DNA of 60,867 nt from Cryomorphaceae bacterium (GCA_021300505.1 JAJTDQ010000019.1:1-60867), one strand, 5' to 3'; shown: positions 18,851 through 29,202, numbered from the stretch's first letter. Notes: generated by a model not told the origin, from the sequence alone. A program made the numbers and translations.

Positions 18851-21800
18851 TCAATCCTCATACTCATCCCTTTCAAGGCGGTCTCGAATCTCTTGAATGT
18901 TTTCTAGTTTCTTTTCTTGGCGGGTGGTAATCGCGGTATCGGTAAAATACCTGTGTGCGGTTAAGAAATGGATTTGGATCTCGTCCCATTTACGGTCCGA
19001 ATCGATTTTTCCGTGTTCGCGCAACTCCCTTCGAAGTCGATCTGCTATGTCATGAAAATCATCACGACCCAGATAATCCAAGTCGGCGTCACACATGATT
19101 TCTTCGAGTTTGTTCTTTGGCTGATGCGGAATTTGCGTTACATAAATAAGCTCTTTGATTGTAGCAATGTGCTGATCTGTATAGCCATATTTTGGTAAAA
19201 TTTCTTCTGCCAATCTCGCACCAATTGGTTCGTTTTTATCGTATTGCTCAACAAACCCTGCGTCGTGGTATGTCGCGGCTGTTTTTAATAGGAAAAGTCC
19301 CTCATCGGTAATTCCCTCAAGGAGTGCCAAACGCTCAACAGCCTTTACCACATCAATACTGTGTTCAATACTATGGTAATGCAGTTTTTCTGAAAGCCCT
19401 TGTTCAAGCACCCGAATGATGTGACGCTCCGCCTTATAATAATTAATGGAGCTAAAGTGATGAAGGTTCACGATTTGGTGGAAGCGCTCATTTGGCAACA
19501 CCCCTTCCCCATTTATAGAAAGTTCTGGCTTGATGCGATCGACCGTGTACATGTCGATTAAACCCTTGCTTTTAGATTGCGCCTTTCCACGGAAGGAACA
19601 TTCAAAGTAAGGTTCAATATACTTAAATGTGTTGCCAGAAACGGTTACCTTTCCGGGCTCGCCAAGCATCTCCATGCGCTGTGCTTGATTCACTGTAGAT
19701 CCCCAGATATCATACGCCAAACGCTCGCTACCAATCACACCGGCAGTAACCTCTCCTGTGTTGATACCCAAGCGCAATTCCCAATATTCTTGATTGTGTG
19801 CAATGGCGTTGTATTTCAATGTCGCCATGTAATGCTGAATCTGCAGCGCGGCCAAACACGTATCCACAGGGTTGGTTAAGTTGCGTACAGGAACACCTCC
19901 GGCACACATGTAAGCATCTCCTATGGTTTTAATTTTTTCAAGACCATTAGAAACGATAATTTCATCGAACTTTCGGAAATACACATCCAACTTGCTTACA
20001 AGCTCTGTGGGACTCATGCGTTCTGCTGCCTTGGTAAATCCAACAAAATCTGTGAACAATACAGACACCGTTTTATATGCGCGCGCACTCGCTCTGCCTA
20101 AGTTTTTTAGCTCTTCGGCTGTAGATTCAGGGATGATGTTTTTCAGAAGCTTTTCTGATTTATCTTTTTCGATTTGAAGCAAACGTTGCTGCTCGACGAC
20201 CTTATTTTTTTCTAACTCCAGCTGTTTTCGCTGATTTTCTATTTTTTCGTTTTGCGCACGTATTTCTTTTGTTCGATCTGCGATTTTCATTTCCAACCGC
20301 ACTTGATCACGACGTGCTGAATTAACGCGTTCACGAACAAAGATGCGTATTGCTACGGCCAATACCACACAAATAAGAACGATGAACCACCACGTTGCCC
20401 AAAACGGTGATTTGATTTCTATGGAGAGCATGGCTGGTGTTTTACTCCATGGTCCTTCACCGATACGTGCATAAATCTTTAACACATAGGTTCCTGGGGA
20501 CAATGAACTAAAACGAAGCTCATTACTCGACCCAATAAGCATTTCGCCTTCATCCGAGCCTTCTAAAATGTATTTGTAATTAATTAAATCTGGATGACTA
20601 AGGTTTGATGGTTGAAAACGAACAGAAAAACTACGCTGACGATAGCGTAAGGTAATGACGTCGGTTAATGAAATTGGTTTTTTCAATGGAGAACCAGCGT
20701 CGCCCGGTAACAACCAACCTTTATCCAGCTTGAATTTTACAATCTTAACTGAAACATCCTTTGATTTCAATGATAACTTCTCTGGACGGAAAAAATTGTA
20801 TCCATAGATTCCACCAAAATACAATTCACCATTTTTACTTCGAAAGTAAGCGCCAATATTGAACTCATTGCTCATTAAACCATCCCTTTCAGTGTAGTTC
20901 ACACACTTACTTCCATACCTATCAAAGCGGCATAATCCTTTGTTTGTGCTCAACCAAAGGTGCTTACTTCCCGCTTTCAATACTCCATAAACAACATTAT
21001 TTGGTAATCCTTGTTTTTTCTGATAAACATCCAGTTTCTTGGTTTTATCATTCCACTTCATCAAACCAGAACCAATAGTTCCAAACCAATATTCATTTGG
21101 CCCTGTTTGACACATGGAGCTGATGTAATCCTTCGAAGCCTTTAAAAATAACGCGTTGTGTTCATACGGATGAATGCTCGGCTTACCTTTGCGCACAGAC
21201 AGCACGCTCAATTCTCCGGAGCTTGTTGCGAACCAAATTTTTCCTGTATTGTCCTTATATACCACACGACAAACACCTGAGGCAATCGACTCTTTAGGGT
21301 GTTTTGCTAGGTGCTCAAACGCGATAGCCTCTTTGGTTTTTAAATCAATAAGCAGAGCGCCCGCCTTTGTTCCTAAGAAGTACTTCTGGTCTTTCCAGTG
21401 CACAATACTGTAAACCCTGTTGTGTCGAGACACAATGTTGTCAGGGCGAAGTTCGAGTCGTTTAAAAGTGTAACCGCCATCAGGGTTGATCATCAACTCG
21501 AACATACCATCAGCACACCCTGCTAAGACATGATTTTGATCAATCACAAACATCGCCAGAACAGCTGTTTCATCCCCTTCACCAAGTGCTGAATTGATGT
21601 CGGAGCGGTAGAATTGTTCAAAGGTTCCTGTGTATCTATTTCTTCGTGATATTCCCAAGTCGGTACCAACGAAGATGTACTTTTCGTTTTTATCCTCACC
21701 AAAACTCCACACATTCGGTTTGGGAATTCCTTGCGATAAATCCGCACTTGGACCTATTCCTAAAAATCCTTGTGTCGTTGGGTCAAAGCCTGAAAGTCCG

Positions 21801-22756
21801 CGTTTTGTACCCGCCCAAAAAGTGCCTGAATCATCCAAAAACAATACATTGATATCATTGAACAACAAAGCGTTTTTTTGAAGTAAGTCGTGGGCGCTTT
21901 TTGCTATCGCTCCATTTGGAAAGATCGTGTACAATCCTTGTCCTGCGGTAACAATATATGTTGTGCCATCGTTTGTTTGCACCAAATCGGTAACTGAAAC
22001 CATTCCCCATTGAGTGCTAAGCTCTTGAAATGCTGGGATAAGTTTTTGACTTCCTGATCCGTACTCGTACACCCCTTGACTCGTGCAGAAATACGTCTTA
22101 CCTTTTTCAGTCGTAACGATGCGCTGAACGAGATTTTGCATTGCGCTCACTGGTAGCACAATAGCCTTACTTCGTGTTTTATTTATATCAGTTAAAAAAA
22201 CACCTTTATCTTCTGTCACTATAAACAACCCACCATCTGGCGCATTGTATATGCCGCGAATATGGCGTGAAGAAGATATTTTGACGTGTTCGGTAAATTT
22301 AGTTGTTTTGGGACTAAAAGAAACTACACCTTTTGCCGCAGTAGCCATCCATAACACTCCTTGTTGATCTAAGCATACCCCCTCAATTTGTAAGGCTATT
22401 TTTCCTGGAATGGTGTAATGGGTAAAACGTTCCGTTTTAGGGTTAAAAGCACTTAAACCATTGGCTGTTCCAAACCATAAACGTCCATCAGAAGTCTTTG
22501 TCCCACACTTGATGTATTCACTTTTTAAACCATCACTGTCTTCTGATGAAAACACCTCAAATTGCTTTCCATCGAAACGATTGAGACCATCTTGAGTACC
22601 TATCCACAGGGCATGATTGTTATCTTGAAGCAGGCATGTAACAGAACTTTGAGAAAGTCCATCGTTGATAGAGAAATTAGAAAAGCGATAAGCCGACTGA
22701 GCATGCGCAACGACATGTGCGCCGAAAAACATCAGAACGGAAAACCACTTTTTCAT
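18851..22756 (-). CDS. multidomain sensor: two-component-regulator propeller / Y_Y_Y ectodomain, TM helix, coiled coil, class III adenylate/guanylate cyclase domain, C-terminal HD domain
   Basis: Signal peptide, then ~780 aa of repeated 'W.GT..GL' propeller blades. TM segment 'WWFIVLICVVLAVAI'. Cyclase motifs 'VLFTDFVGFT', 'KTIGDAYM' and 'YDIWGSTVNQAQRME'. HD motif 'HSIEHSIDV...YHDAGF'. Confidence 0.8.
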   Translation of the reverse strand: MKKWFSVLMFFGAHVVAHAQSAYRFSNFSINDGLSQSSVTCLLQDNNHALWIGTQDGLNRFDGKQFEVFSSEDSDGLKSEYIKCGTKTSDGRLWFGTANGLSAFNPKTERFTHYTIPGKIALQIEGVCLDQQGVLWMATAAKGVVSFSPKTTKFTEHVKISSSRHIRGIYNAPDGGLFIVTEDKGVFLTDINKTRSKAIVLPVSAMQNLVQRIVTTEKGKTYFCTSQGVYEYGSGSQKLIPAFQELSTQWGMVSVTDLVQTNDGTTYIVTAGQGLYTIFPNGAIAKSAHDLLQKNALLFNDINVLFLDDSGTFWAGTKRGLSGFDPTTQGFLGIGPSADLSQGIPKPNVWSFGEDKNEKYIFVGTDLGISRRNRYTGTFEQFYRSDINSALGEGDETAVLAMFVIDQNHVLAGCADGMFELMINPDGGYTFKRLELRPDNIVSRHNRVYSIVHWKDQKYFLGTKAGALLIDLKTKEAIAFEHLAKHPKESIASGVCRVVYKDNTGKIWFATSSGELSVLSVRKGKPSIHPYEHNALFLKASKDYISSMCQTGPNEYWFGTIGSGLMKWNDKTKKLDVYQKKQGLPNNVVYGVLKAGSKHLWLSTNKGLCRFDRYGSKCVNYTERDGLMSNEFNIGAYFRSKNGELYFGGIYGYNFFRPEKLSLKSKDVSVKIVKFKLDKGWLLPGDAGSPLKKPISLTDVITLRYRQRSFSVRFQPSNLSHPDLINYKYILEGSDEGEMLIGSSNELRFSSLSPGTYVLKIYARIGEGPWSKTPAMLSIEIKSPFWATWWFIVLICVVLAVAIRIFVRERVNSARRDQVRLEMKIADRTKEIRAQNEKIENQRKQLELEKNKVVEQQRLLQIEKDKSEKLLKNIIPESTAEELKNLGRASARAYKTVSVLFTDFVGFTKAAERMSPTELVSKLDVYFRKFDEIIVSNGLEKIKTIGDAYMCAGGVPVRNLTNPVDTCLAALQIQHYMATLKYNAIAHNQEYWELRLGINTGEVTAGVIGSERLAYDIWGSTVNQAQRMEMLGEPGKVTVSGNTFKYIEPYFECSFRGKAQSKSKGLIDMYTVDRIKPELSINGEGVLPNERFHQIVNLHHFSSINYYKAERHIIRVLEQGLSEKLHYHSIEHSIDVVKAVERLALLEGITDEGLFLLKTAATYHDAGFVEQYDKNEPIGARLAEEILPKYGYTDQHIATIKELIYVTQIPHQPKNKLEEIMCDADLDYLGRDDFHDIADRLRRELREHGKIDSDRKWDEIQIHFLTAHRYFTDTAITTRQEKKLENIQEIRDRLERDEYED

Positions 22757-22774
22757 TAAGATAGGTTAATAGTA

Positions 22775-23290
22775 TTATTGTTGTGCTTGTTGTGCCGCAC
22801 CTCCAATTGAAGAGTTTTCGAGATCACGATCAAACATGTACATACCTCCTTTATCTCCACCGATCAATCGTAACTTATCCAAAACAGTTCTCGCCAACGC
22901 TTCCTCTTCCAATTGCTCAGACACATACCATTGTACAAAATTATGCGTTGTATAATCCTTTTGTTGAAGGCAGATGTCCACCAAGTTGTTGATGCTTTCG
23001 GTTACGCTAATCTCGTGAGCCAATAACAATTCAAAAACATTTTCTAAATCACGAAATTCCTTTGGCGGCTGTTCAATAGATGGAATCAAGGCTTTGCCAC
23101 CACGCTCATTGATGAAATGAATCAATTTCAACATGTGAAATCGTTCTTCATCAGAATGTTGGTACATGAATTTTGCTGTTCCATTCAAACCGTTGCTTTC
23201 TGCCCAGGAGGCCATGGCAAGATAAAATTGTGAAGAAGATGCTTCTTTTTGCACCTGATCGTTTAAAGCGCTTTCTACATGTGGATTCAT
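22775..23290 (-). CDS. ferritin (non-haem, bacterial Ftn type)
   Basis: 171 aa with 'QFYLAMASWAE', 'EERFHMLKL' and 'LAHEISVT' ferroxidase-centre-like motifs. Confidence 0.8.
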   Translation of the reverse strand: MNPHVESALNDQVQKEASSSQFYLAMASWAESNGLNGTAKFMYQHSDEERFHMLKLIHFINERGGKALIPSIEQPPKEFRDLENVFELLLAHEISVTESINNLVDICLQQKDYTTHNFVQWYVSEQLEEEALARTVLDKLRLIGGDKGGMYMFDRDLENSSIGGAAQQAQQ

Positions 23291-23504
23291 TCTGTGGTTT
23301 TTTAAGAATACTCGTTAAAGTTACCAAGTTTAAGCATACTTTCTACGCAGTAAATCGATAATCATAAAAAGAAGTGAATCATTCTAGTTATCAAAAACGA
23401 AGAAAGCCGTAACTTCAAGCGATGCAATGGACAAGCATTTACTTTCAAGGTGTTCAATAATGCAGATAAAGTAATTCAATAGCATACGCATTTAACTACA
23501 ATTC

Positions 23505-25514
23505 ATGTCAAAAAAGAAAGGCAGCAAGCCTACAAAAATGAAAAATAGCCTTCTCCATATCGTGAGAAAGGTTTTCGATAAAAATCCTGATAGTGTACTA
23601 TCCCACAAGCAAGTATGTGTGCTTATCGATATTCGTGAAAACGCATTGCGGAAATTGGTTTTTGATGTCCTTCAAGACCTAGCTCACGATGGCTTTCTGC
23701 AATCCCATGCTCATGGTGTTTATTCCCTTTCTGTTAAAAATGGATTGGTAGAAGGTACGATAGAGTTGACTGCGCGTGGTGCGGGTTTTGTGGTAACTGA
23801 TGATGAAGAATCTGATGTGTTTATTGCACCTCAAAACCTGGGTCAAGCATTGAATGGTGACCGTGTGCGTGTACGCATCTTTAAACGCGGTAAAACACGA
23901 AATGAAGGTGAAGTTATTTCTGTCTTGGAACGGGAAAAATCACAGTATGTAGGAACCATTGAGCTCCACGATAAATTTGCTTTTCTTGTTCCTGATAATC
24001 TAAAAGCGGGAACCGATATTTATATTTCGAAGGAGAAATTAAACGGAGCAAAGAATGGTGATAAAGCATTGGTAAAAATCACCGTTTGGCCGAAGACATC
24101 TGATAATCCTTATGGTGAAGTTGTTGAAGTTCTGGGTAAACCTGGTTCCAACGATACAGAGATGATTAGTATTTTATGTAATCACGGAATTGACTATAAA
24201 TTTCCACAAGGTGTTTTAGCTGAAGCTGAAGGTGTTGGTATGGATCTCGATGAAAAAGAAATCGCAACTCGCAGAGACATGCGCGATTTGACAACATTTA
24301 CGATTGATCCTGTTGATGCAAAAGATTTTGACGATGCACTTTCTTTCCGGAGAATGGAAAATGGACACATCGAGTTGGGTGTTCACATTGCAGATGTAAG
24401 TCATTATGTGCGTCCAGGAAGTGCGATGGATACCGAAGCGTTGAAGCGATCAAATTCTGTTTACCTTGTAGACCGCGTTGTACCCATGTTGCCAGAACAA
24501 CTGTCAAATATGGCTTGTTCATTACGCCCTAATGAAGATAAATACAGCTTCTCTGTGGTCTTTGAAATTGATGAAGCAGGTATGGTACACAACCAGTGGT
24601 TTGGAAAAACGGTAATCCATTCTGACAGACGTTTTAGCTATGAACAAGCACAGGAAATCATTGAAGGTAAGGACGGAGATTTTAAGGAAGAAATACTTAT
24701 TTTAGATAAAATCGCTAAAATTTTGCGAAAATCACGTTTAAAACACGGCGCTTTAAGTATTGAATCGGAAGAGATGCGGTTCCGATTGAATGATGACGGT
24801 CACCCTGTAGAAGTGATGATTCACGACCGACCTGATGCTGCAAAAATTGCGTTGTTCAATGTCTTCATCGAGAAGTTTGGGTACAAGGTAGATGCGCGTC
24901 AGCCGGATAAAATTGCGCATAATATGAACACACTTCTGGATGAAATTCGTCACACGCCAGAATATTCGTTGATTCAAACAATGGCTATTCGATCAATGGC
25001 AAAAGCGACATACGAAACGGATAATATAGGTCACTACGGACTCGCTTTTGACTTCTACACGCACTTTACATCACCTATTCGTCGCTATGCCGATTTAGTG
25101 GTACATCGCATCTTACAGGAAGAATTAACCACCAAAAAACACCGTTACGGAAAAGAATTGGCGGATGTCTGTAAGCGCATTTCGCGTATGGAGCGCAAAG
25201 CTGTTGAGGCTGAACGTGAGTCGACGAAATACTTCCAAACGGTATTTGTGAAAGACCATGTAGGTGAGGTATTTACAGGTATTGTTTCAGGTATTGCTGA
25301 ATTCGGGTTATTTGTGCGTATGGATGGCAATCAATGTGAGGGAATGGTTCCAATGGTAGAAATTCCTGGAGACCGCTATTTCTTTGATGCTGACAAGTAC
25401 CGCATTGTTGGCTCTCGTTTTAAAAAGGAATACAATTTTGGAGATAAAGTTACAGTGCGGATTTCAGAAGTTCACACACGCAAACGTCAGATTGACCTAG
25501 AACTCTTGCCTTAG
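23505..25514 (+). CDS. rnr: ribonuclease R (RNB family) with an apparent ~36 aa in-frame internal deletion
   Basis: Motifs 'TIDPVDAKDFDDA', 'HIADVSHYV', 'HFTSPIRRYADLVVHR' and a C-terminal S1 domain. The segment corresponding to E. coli '[10 protein letters not shown]...FRIHDKP' is absent. Confidence 0.8.
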   Translation: MSKKKGSKPTKMKNSLLHIVRKVFDKNPDSVLSHKQVCVLIDIRENALRKLVFDVLQDLAHDGFLQSHAHGVYSLSVKNGLVEGTIELTARGAGFVVTDDEESDVFIAPQNLGQALNGDRVRVRIFKRGKTRNEGEVISVLEREKSQYVGTIELHDKFAFLVPDNLKAGTDIYISKEKLNGAKNGDKALVKITVWPKTSDNPYGEVVEVLGKPGSNDTEMISILCNHGIDYKFPQGVLAEAEGVGMDLDEKEIATRRDMRDLTTFTIDPVDAKDFDDALSFRRMENGHIELGVHIADVSHYVRPGSAMDTEALKRSNSVYLVDRVVPMLPEQLSNMACSLRPNEDKYSFSVVFEIDEAGMVHNQWFGKTVIHSDRRFSYEQAQEIIEGKDGDFKEEILILDKIAKILRKSRLKHGALSIESEEMRFRLNDDGHPVEVMIHDRPDAAKIALFNVFIEKFGYKVDARQPDKIAHNMNTLLDEIRHTPEYSLIQTMAIRSMAKATYETDNIGHYGLAFDFYTHFTSPIRRYADLVVHRILQEELTTKKHRYGKELADVCKRISRMERKAVEAERESTKYFQTVFVKDHVGEVFTGIVSGIAEFGLFVRMDGNQCEGMVPMVEIPGDRYFFDADKYRIVGSRFKKEYNFGDKVTVRISEVHTRKRQIDLELLP

Positions 25515-25524
25515 ATTATATAGC

Positions 25525-26280
25525 TTAAACCAATTGAATACGACTACTTAAATCATCACGGTATGACCCACCGATAGGAATGATTTTCTTGTCGTTTTCT
25601 AGAGAGAGATTTGGGAATTCTATGGATGCAATTTTATCCATTCGTACAATAAATGATCGGTGGACACGAACGAAATCAATATTCCCTAATTTTATTTCAA
25701 TATCTTTCATGGTGGAGTGGATGGTGTAACGTGCATCAGCTGTGTGGATTACAACATAATCTTTCAATGCTTCCACATAAAAAACATCTTGAGTGCGCAG
25801 CTTTATCAACTTGCTATTCGATTTAACAAAGAAAAAGTCCGAAAATACTTCCTTCTGCTCAACCACAGAATATAAAAAATTACGCTCTCTAATGATCTCC
25901 TGTTCTTTTTGGTGCTTATACACCGCCAATTCCACATTGGTGTGCAATTCCATATCCTTGAATGGCTTGATGATGTATCCGAAAGGCTCTGCAATCATTG
26001 CTTTCGTCAAGGTTAAATCATCGGAATATGCCGTAAGAAAAACCACAGGAACGTCAAATTCTTTTTTGATGATTTCAGCAGTTTCAATTCCAGTTAGATT
26101 ACCCTTCAGATTGATATCCATCAAAACAACATCTGGCTGCAATTCCTGCACGAGCTCAATAGCTTTTTCACCGTTTGAACAAGCTCCTGAAATGCCATAT
26201 CCAAATCGCTGTAGCGAATGCTGAATATCCTTCGATACGATCGATTCGTCTTCAACTACAAGGATATTAATTTTTGTCAT
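25525..26280 (-). CDS. LytR/AlgR-family response regulator (REC + LytTR DNA-binding domain)
   Basis: REC motifs 'ILVVEDE' and 'DVVLMDINL', plus a C-terminal LytTR pattern 'FVRVHRSFIV'. There is no adjacent histidine kinase. Confidence 0.8.
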   Translation of the reverse strand: MTKINILVVEDESIVSKDIQHSLQRFGYGISGACSNGEKAIELVQELQPDVVLMDINLKGNLTGIETAEIIKKEFDVPVVFLTAYSDDLTLTKAMIAEPFGYIIKPFKDMELHTNVELAVYKHQKEQEIIRERNFLYSVVEQKEVFSDFFFVKSNSKLIKLRTQDVFYVEALKDYVVIHTADARYTIHSTMKDIEIKLGNIDFVRVHRSFIVRMDKIASIEFPNLSLENDKKIIPIGGSYRDDLSSRIQLV

Positions 26281-26852
26281 CTCAAAAAGCTTGAACTCAA
26301 AGGTATTTAAATTTTTGTGACAACTCGGGTCATTTTTCCAACTTCACTTACCAAACTGAATATATAATAGTATAAAGAAGATTTATTTTTAAAAAGGAGA
26401 TTTATTATTCTTTATTAAGGCTGTTGAAATGTGTGAAAAAACAAAACGAATTGCTTTGAAAATTGAGGATTAACAAAATGTTTAGACTTATAAACAGGTT
26501 ATTATAAAGTTAAAATACATGATTATGAGTTTATTACATGTTAATCAACAATCTTAGATTTTTTCTTGTTGTGAATATTTAATTTCTTTTTTACCCTATA
26601 TTTTTGTGTTTAACGGTGATGATAAATACACCATAAATCACCAAAACTTTCCTTGCACATGTCATTTGCATTTTGCTTTCTGAATTCTGATGAGAAAAAC
26701 AAGTGAATTCTATGAATACTTGTTAACCGTAATTCACAATTTGCGCAAGATTTATGTGTGAAACACCACTACATAAATCGAGTGTTTTCAAGGTTTTTTA
26801 AATTTTAAAAATCCTTCAATGTTTAAAAGTTGGCAACAATGTGCATAAGCTG

Positions 26853-26860
26853 TACCTTTG
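26853..26860 (+). promoter_or_regulatory. candidate -7 box (TAnnTTTG) for rpiB
   Basis: TACCTTTG lies 22 nt upstream of ATG 26883. Confidence 0.4.
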
Positions 26861-26882
26861 AAAAACCAAAATACAACGATTT

Positions 26883-27314
26883 ATGAAAATTATTCCAATC
26901 GGTGCTGATCATGCAGGATTTCAACTCAAAGAACGTATTCAGCAATATTTAACTGACTTAGGTTACGAAGTTAAAGATTTCGGCTGTTTTTCAGAAGAAA
27001 GCATCGATTATCCAGATTACGCACATCCTGTTTCAGAGATGGTTCAAGCGAATCCTGGAATGATAGGAATATTGATTTGTGGCTCTGGAAATGGCATAAA
27101 CATGACAGCAAATAAACACGCAGGAATTCGTAGTGCTTTATGTTGGAAAAAGGAAATCGCTGAATTGGCGCGTTTACATAACAATGCAAACATAATAGCT
27201 TTACCCGCGCGTTTCATTTCTTATGAAGAAGCAAAAGAAATGGTTGAAGTCTTTTTAACTACGGAATTTGAAGGTGGAAGGCATCAAAAACGCGTAGAGA
27301 AAATAGCGCTTTAA
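26883..27314 (+). CDS. rpiB: ribose-5-phosphate isomerase B
   Basis: 'IGADHAGF', 'ILICGSGNGI' and 'RLHNNANIIALPARF' match RpiB/LacAB. Confidence 0.9.
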   Translation: MKIIPIGADHAGFQLKERIQQYLTDLGYEVKDFGCFSEESIDYPDYAHPVSEMVQANPGMIGILICGSGNGINMTANKHAGIRSALCWKKEIAELARLHNNANIIALPARFISYEEAKEMVEVFLTTEFEGGRHQKRVEKIAL

Positions 27315-27317
27315 TTG

Positions 27318-28595
27318 TTATTTTTCTTGAAGTAACTGCTGTATAAAGAGTTCAGTTTCTTTGGTGTACTCTGTGTAGTACGTTCCAGTACCTGGCCCAC
27401 TAAATCCTGTGTGAACTTTTTTCACTTGTCCATCACGACCAATAAAGATGGCTGTTGGAAAGGAAATAATTTCCGAGAGCATACTGAAATGTTCAGAAGC
27501 CAATGCCTTACTCGATGTACCACCACCAACAATTAGATAGGGAATATTGAGCCGCTTTTGCAGTTGTTTAATGCGTTCTAGGTGTACTGCAGGATCTTTT
27601 CCTGTTTCATAAGCAACAGCGATAATTTCTAATCCTTGCGCATGGAATTTTTCATAGAGTGATAAAAAATAACGTGTTTCATCTAAACAATTTGGACACC
27701 ACGAACCCATAATTTGAATGATGGTTACCTTGTTTTTATATTCTTCTGAAGGAAAGTTAAATTCTCCATAAGGTGCACCAGCGGACACATTTTCTATGGT
27801 TAACCGAAAAGGTTCAGCAAACTCTACCTTAGTAAGGCTATCTGCATCAGGCAAAGAAGCGTTTTCATTGCGTACCGCCATCCATTCACCTTTCCAATGT
27901 TTTCCGCTGTAAAAATGACCCCGAATGGTATCTCCGTTTATGCGACCGGTAAACATCCATGCATGGGTACCATCGAGGCAGGAAAGGACCATACTGTCTG
28001 CAAGAACGACTCCTTCCAAAAAGCGGTAATCACCGGTTTCAGTTAAAAAAGTTCCGCTCAACCATTGACCATTTTGTTTAAAAGCACCTACAGCGGGATA
28101 GGCATCAGGAGTGCCTGGATCAAAGGTTGCGGCCCACGTTCCGTGGATATTACTTGGGGGATAAAATGTACTAAGGAAATGAAGTGGATGGTAAAAATCG
28201 CCATATGTGATTGAACAAGGTATGCGGTAATTTTCACCTTTTTGGAAGTTTTGCCAATAACCAAACAAGCCTTTTTTCGAAACTTTCCAGACAAACGTTG
28301 AATTGAAAAACGGGAACTTTGCGTGAAGTGAGTCGTTCTTCACTACCACATCAGTCAGTTCAATTTTTTCATCCGCATTCATCACTGTTAGCAGGTAAGT
28401 TCCATCGTCTTTTAAGGCCACATCAAACTTAAAATATAGAGTGGCGTTCGAGTCTAAGAAAAGCGTGCCGGTCCATTTTCCTTCTTTCAGCTTATGTAGC
28501 GTATTGCTTTTTCCAGCAAAAAGAAAAGGAGTAGAACAGATAAAAAGTAGGGAAAGAATAAAAGAGGTGATGTGTCTCATAGCGTTGTTATCCAT
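27318..28595 (-). CDS. TlpA-family thiol:disulfide oxidoreductase with an N-terminal extra domain
   Basis: C-terminal thioredoxin fold with 'GSWCPNC', plus a signal peptide. Confidence 0.75.
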   Translation of the reverse strand: MDNNAMRHITSFILSLLFICSTPFLFAGKSNTLHKLKEGKWTGTLFLDSNATLYFKFDVALKDDGTYLLTVMNADEKIELTDVVVKNDSLHAKFPFFNSTFVWKVSKKGLFGYWQNFQKGENYRIPCSITYGDFYHPLHFLSTFYPPSNIHGTWAATFDPGTPDAYPAVGAFKQNGQWLSGTFLTETGDYRFLEGVVLADSMVLSCLDGTHAWMFTGRINGDTIRGHFYSGKHWKGEWMAVRNENASLPDADSLTKVEFAEPFRLTIENVSAGAPYGEFNFPSEEYKNKVTIIQIMGSWCPNCLDETRYFLSLYEKFHAQGLEIIAVAYETGKDPAVHLERIKQLQKRLNIPYLIVGGGTSSKALASEHFSMLSEIISFPTAIFIGRDGQVKKVHTGFSGPGTGTYYTEYTKETELFIQQLLQEK

Positions 28596-28677
28596 TCGAA
28601 AGTACTTGTTTTATACCTAACTTTAGTGCGCATGCAACCTTTTTTGAAACATATCTGTCTTTTTGTCTGAGTGCGCT

Positions 28678-29202
28678 ATGGATGATATTACGCTAGTCAA
28701 CGAATGTGTGAAGGGCAACGCCAGGGCGCAACGAATGTTGTTTGACAAGTTTGCGGGAAAAATGATGACGGTGTGTTTGCGCTATGCAAAGAATACCGAT
28801 CAGGCTGAGGATGTGCTCCAAGATGGATTTGTGAAGGTTTTCATGAAACTTTCTGACTTTAAGAAAGAAGGTTCTTTGGAGGGGTGGATTCGTCGCATCA
28901 TGGTCAATACTGCCCTCGATCAAATTCGGAAGGAAGTAAAGTTTAAAGGAGATCTCGACATTGAAGATGTGGGGTACAAACTGGAAAACAACGCTTTTAT
29001 CGAAGAAGAAATGATGGCGGAAGACCTGATGAAGCTCGTAAGAGCTATGCCTGATGGCTACCGAATCGTGTTTAACATGTTTGCCATAGAAGGGTATTCG
29101 CACGCAGAAATTGCGGCAACTTTAGGCGTAACTGAAAACACTTCGAAGTCACAATATTCCCGTGCACGCGCATATTTACGAGAACGATTGGAAAAGAAAT
29201 GA
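28678..29202 (+). CDS. ECF-type RNA polymerase sigma-70 family factor
   Basis: Region 2 'DQAEDVLQDGFVKVF' and region 4 'GYSHAEIAATLGVTENTSKSQYSRA'. ATG 28678 is preferred over the upstream TTG. Confidence 0.85.
   Translation: MDDITLVNECVKGNARAQRMLFDKFAGKMMTVCLRYAKNTDQAEDVLQDGFVKVFMKLSDFKKEGSLEGWIRRIMVNTALDQIRKEVKFKGDLDIEDVGYKLENNAFIEEEMMAEDLMKLVRAMPDGYRIVFNMFAIEGYSHAEIAATLGVTENTSKSQYSRARAYLRERLEKK

Noticed and set aside
26428-26800. Mini-ORFs of 9-23 codons in the 600 nt gap, including two that start MCE...
   Set aside because: There is no convincing ribosome-binding context or conservation evidence from sequence alone, and such ORFs are expected by chance in AT-rich DNA. This is kept only as a note inside the gap finding.
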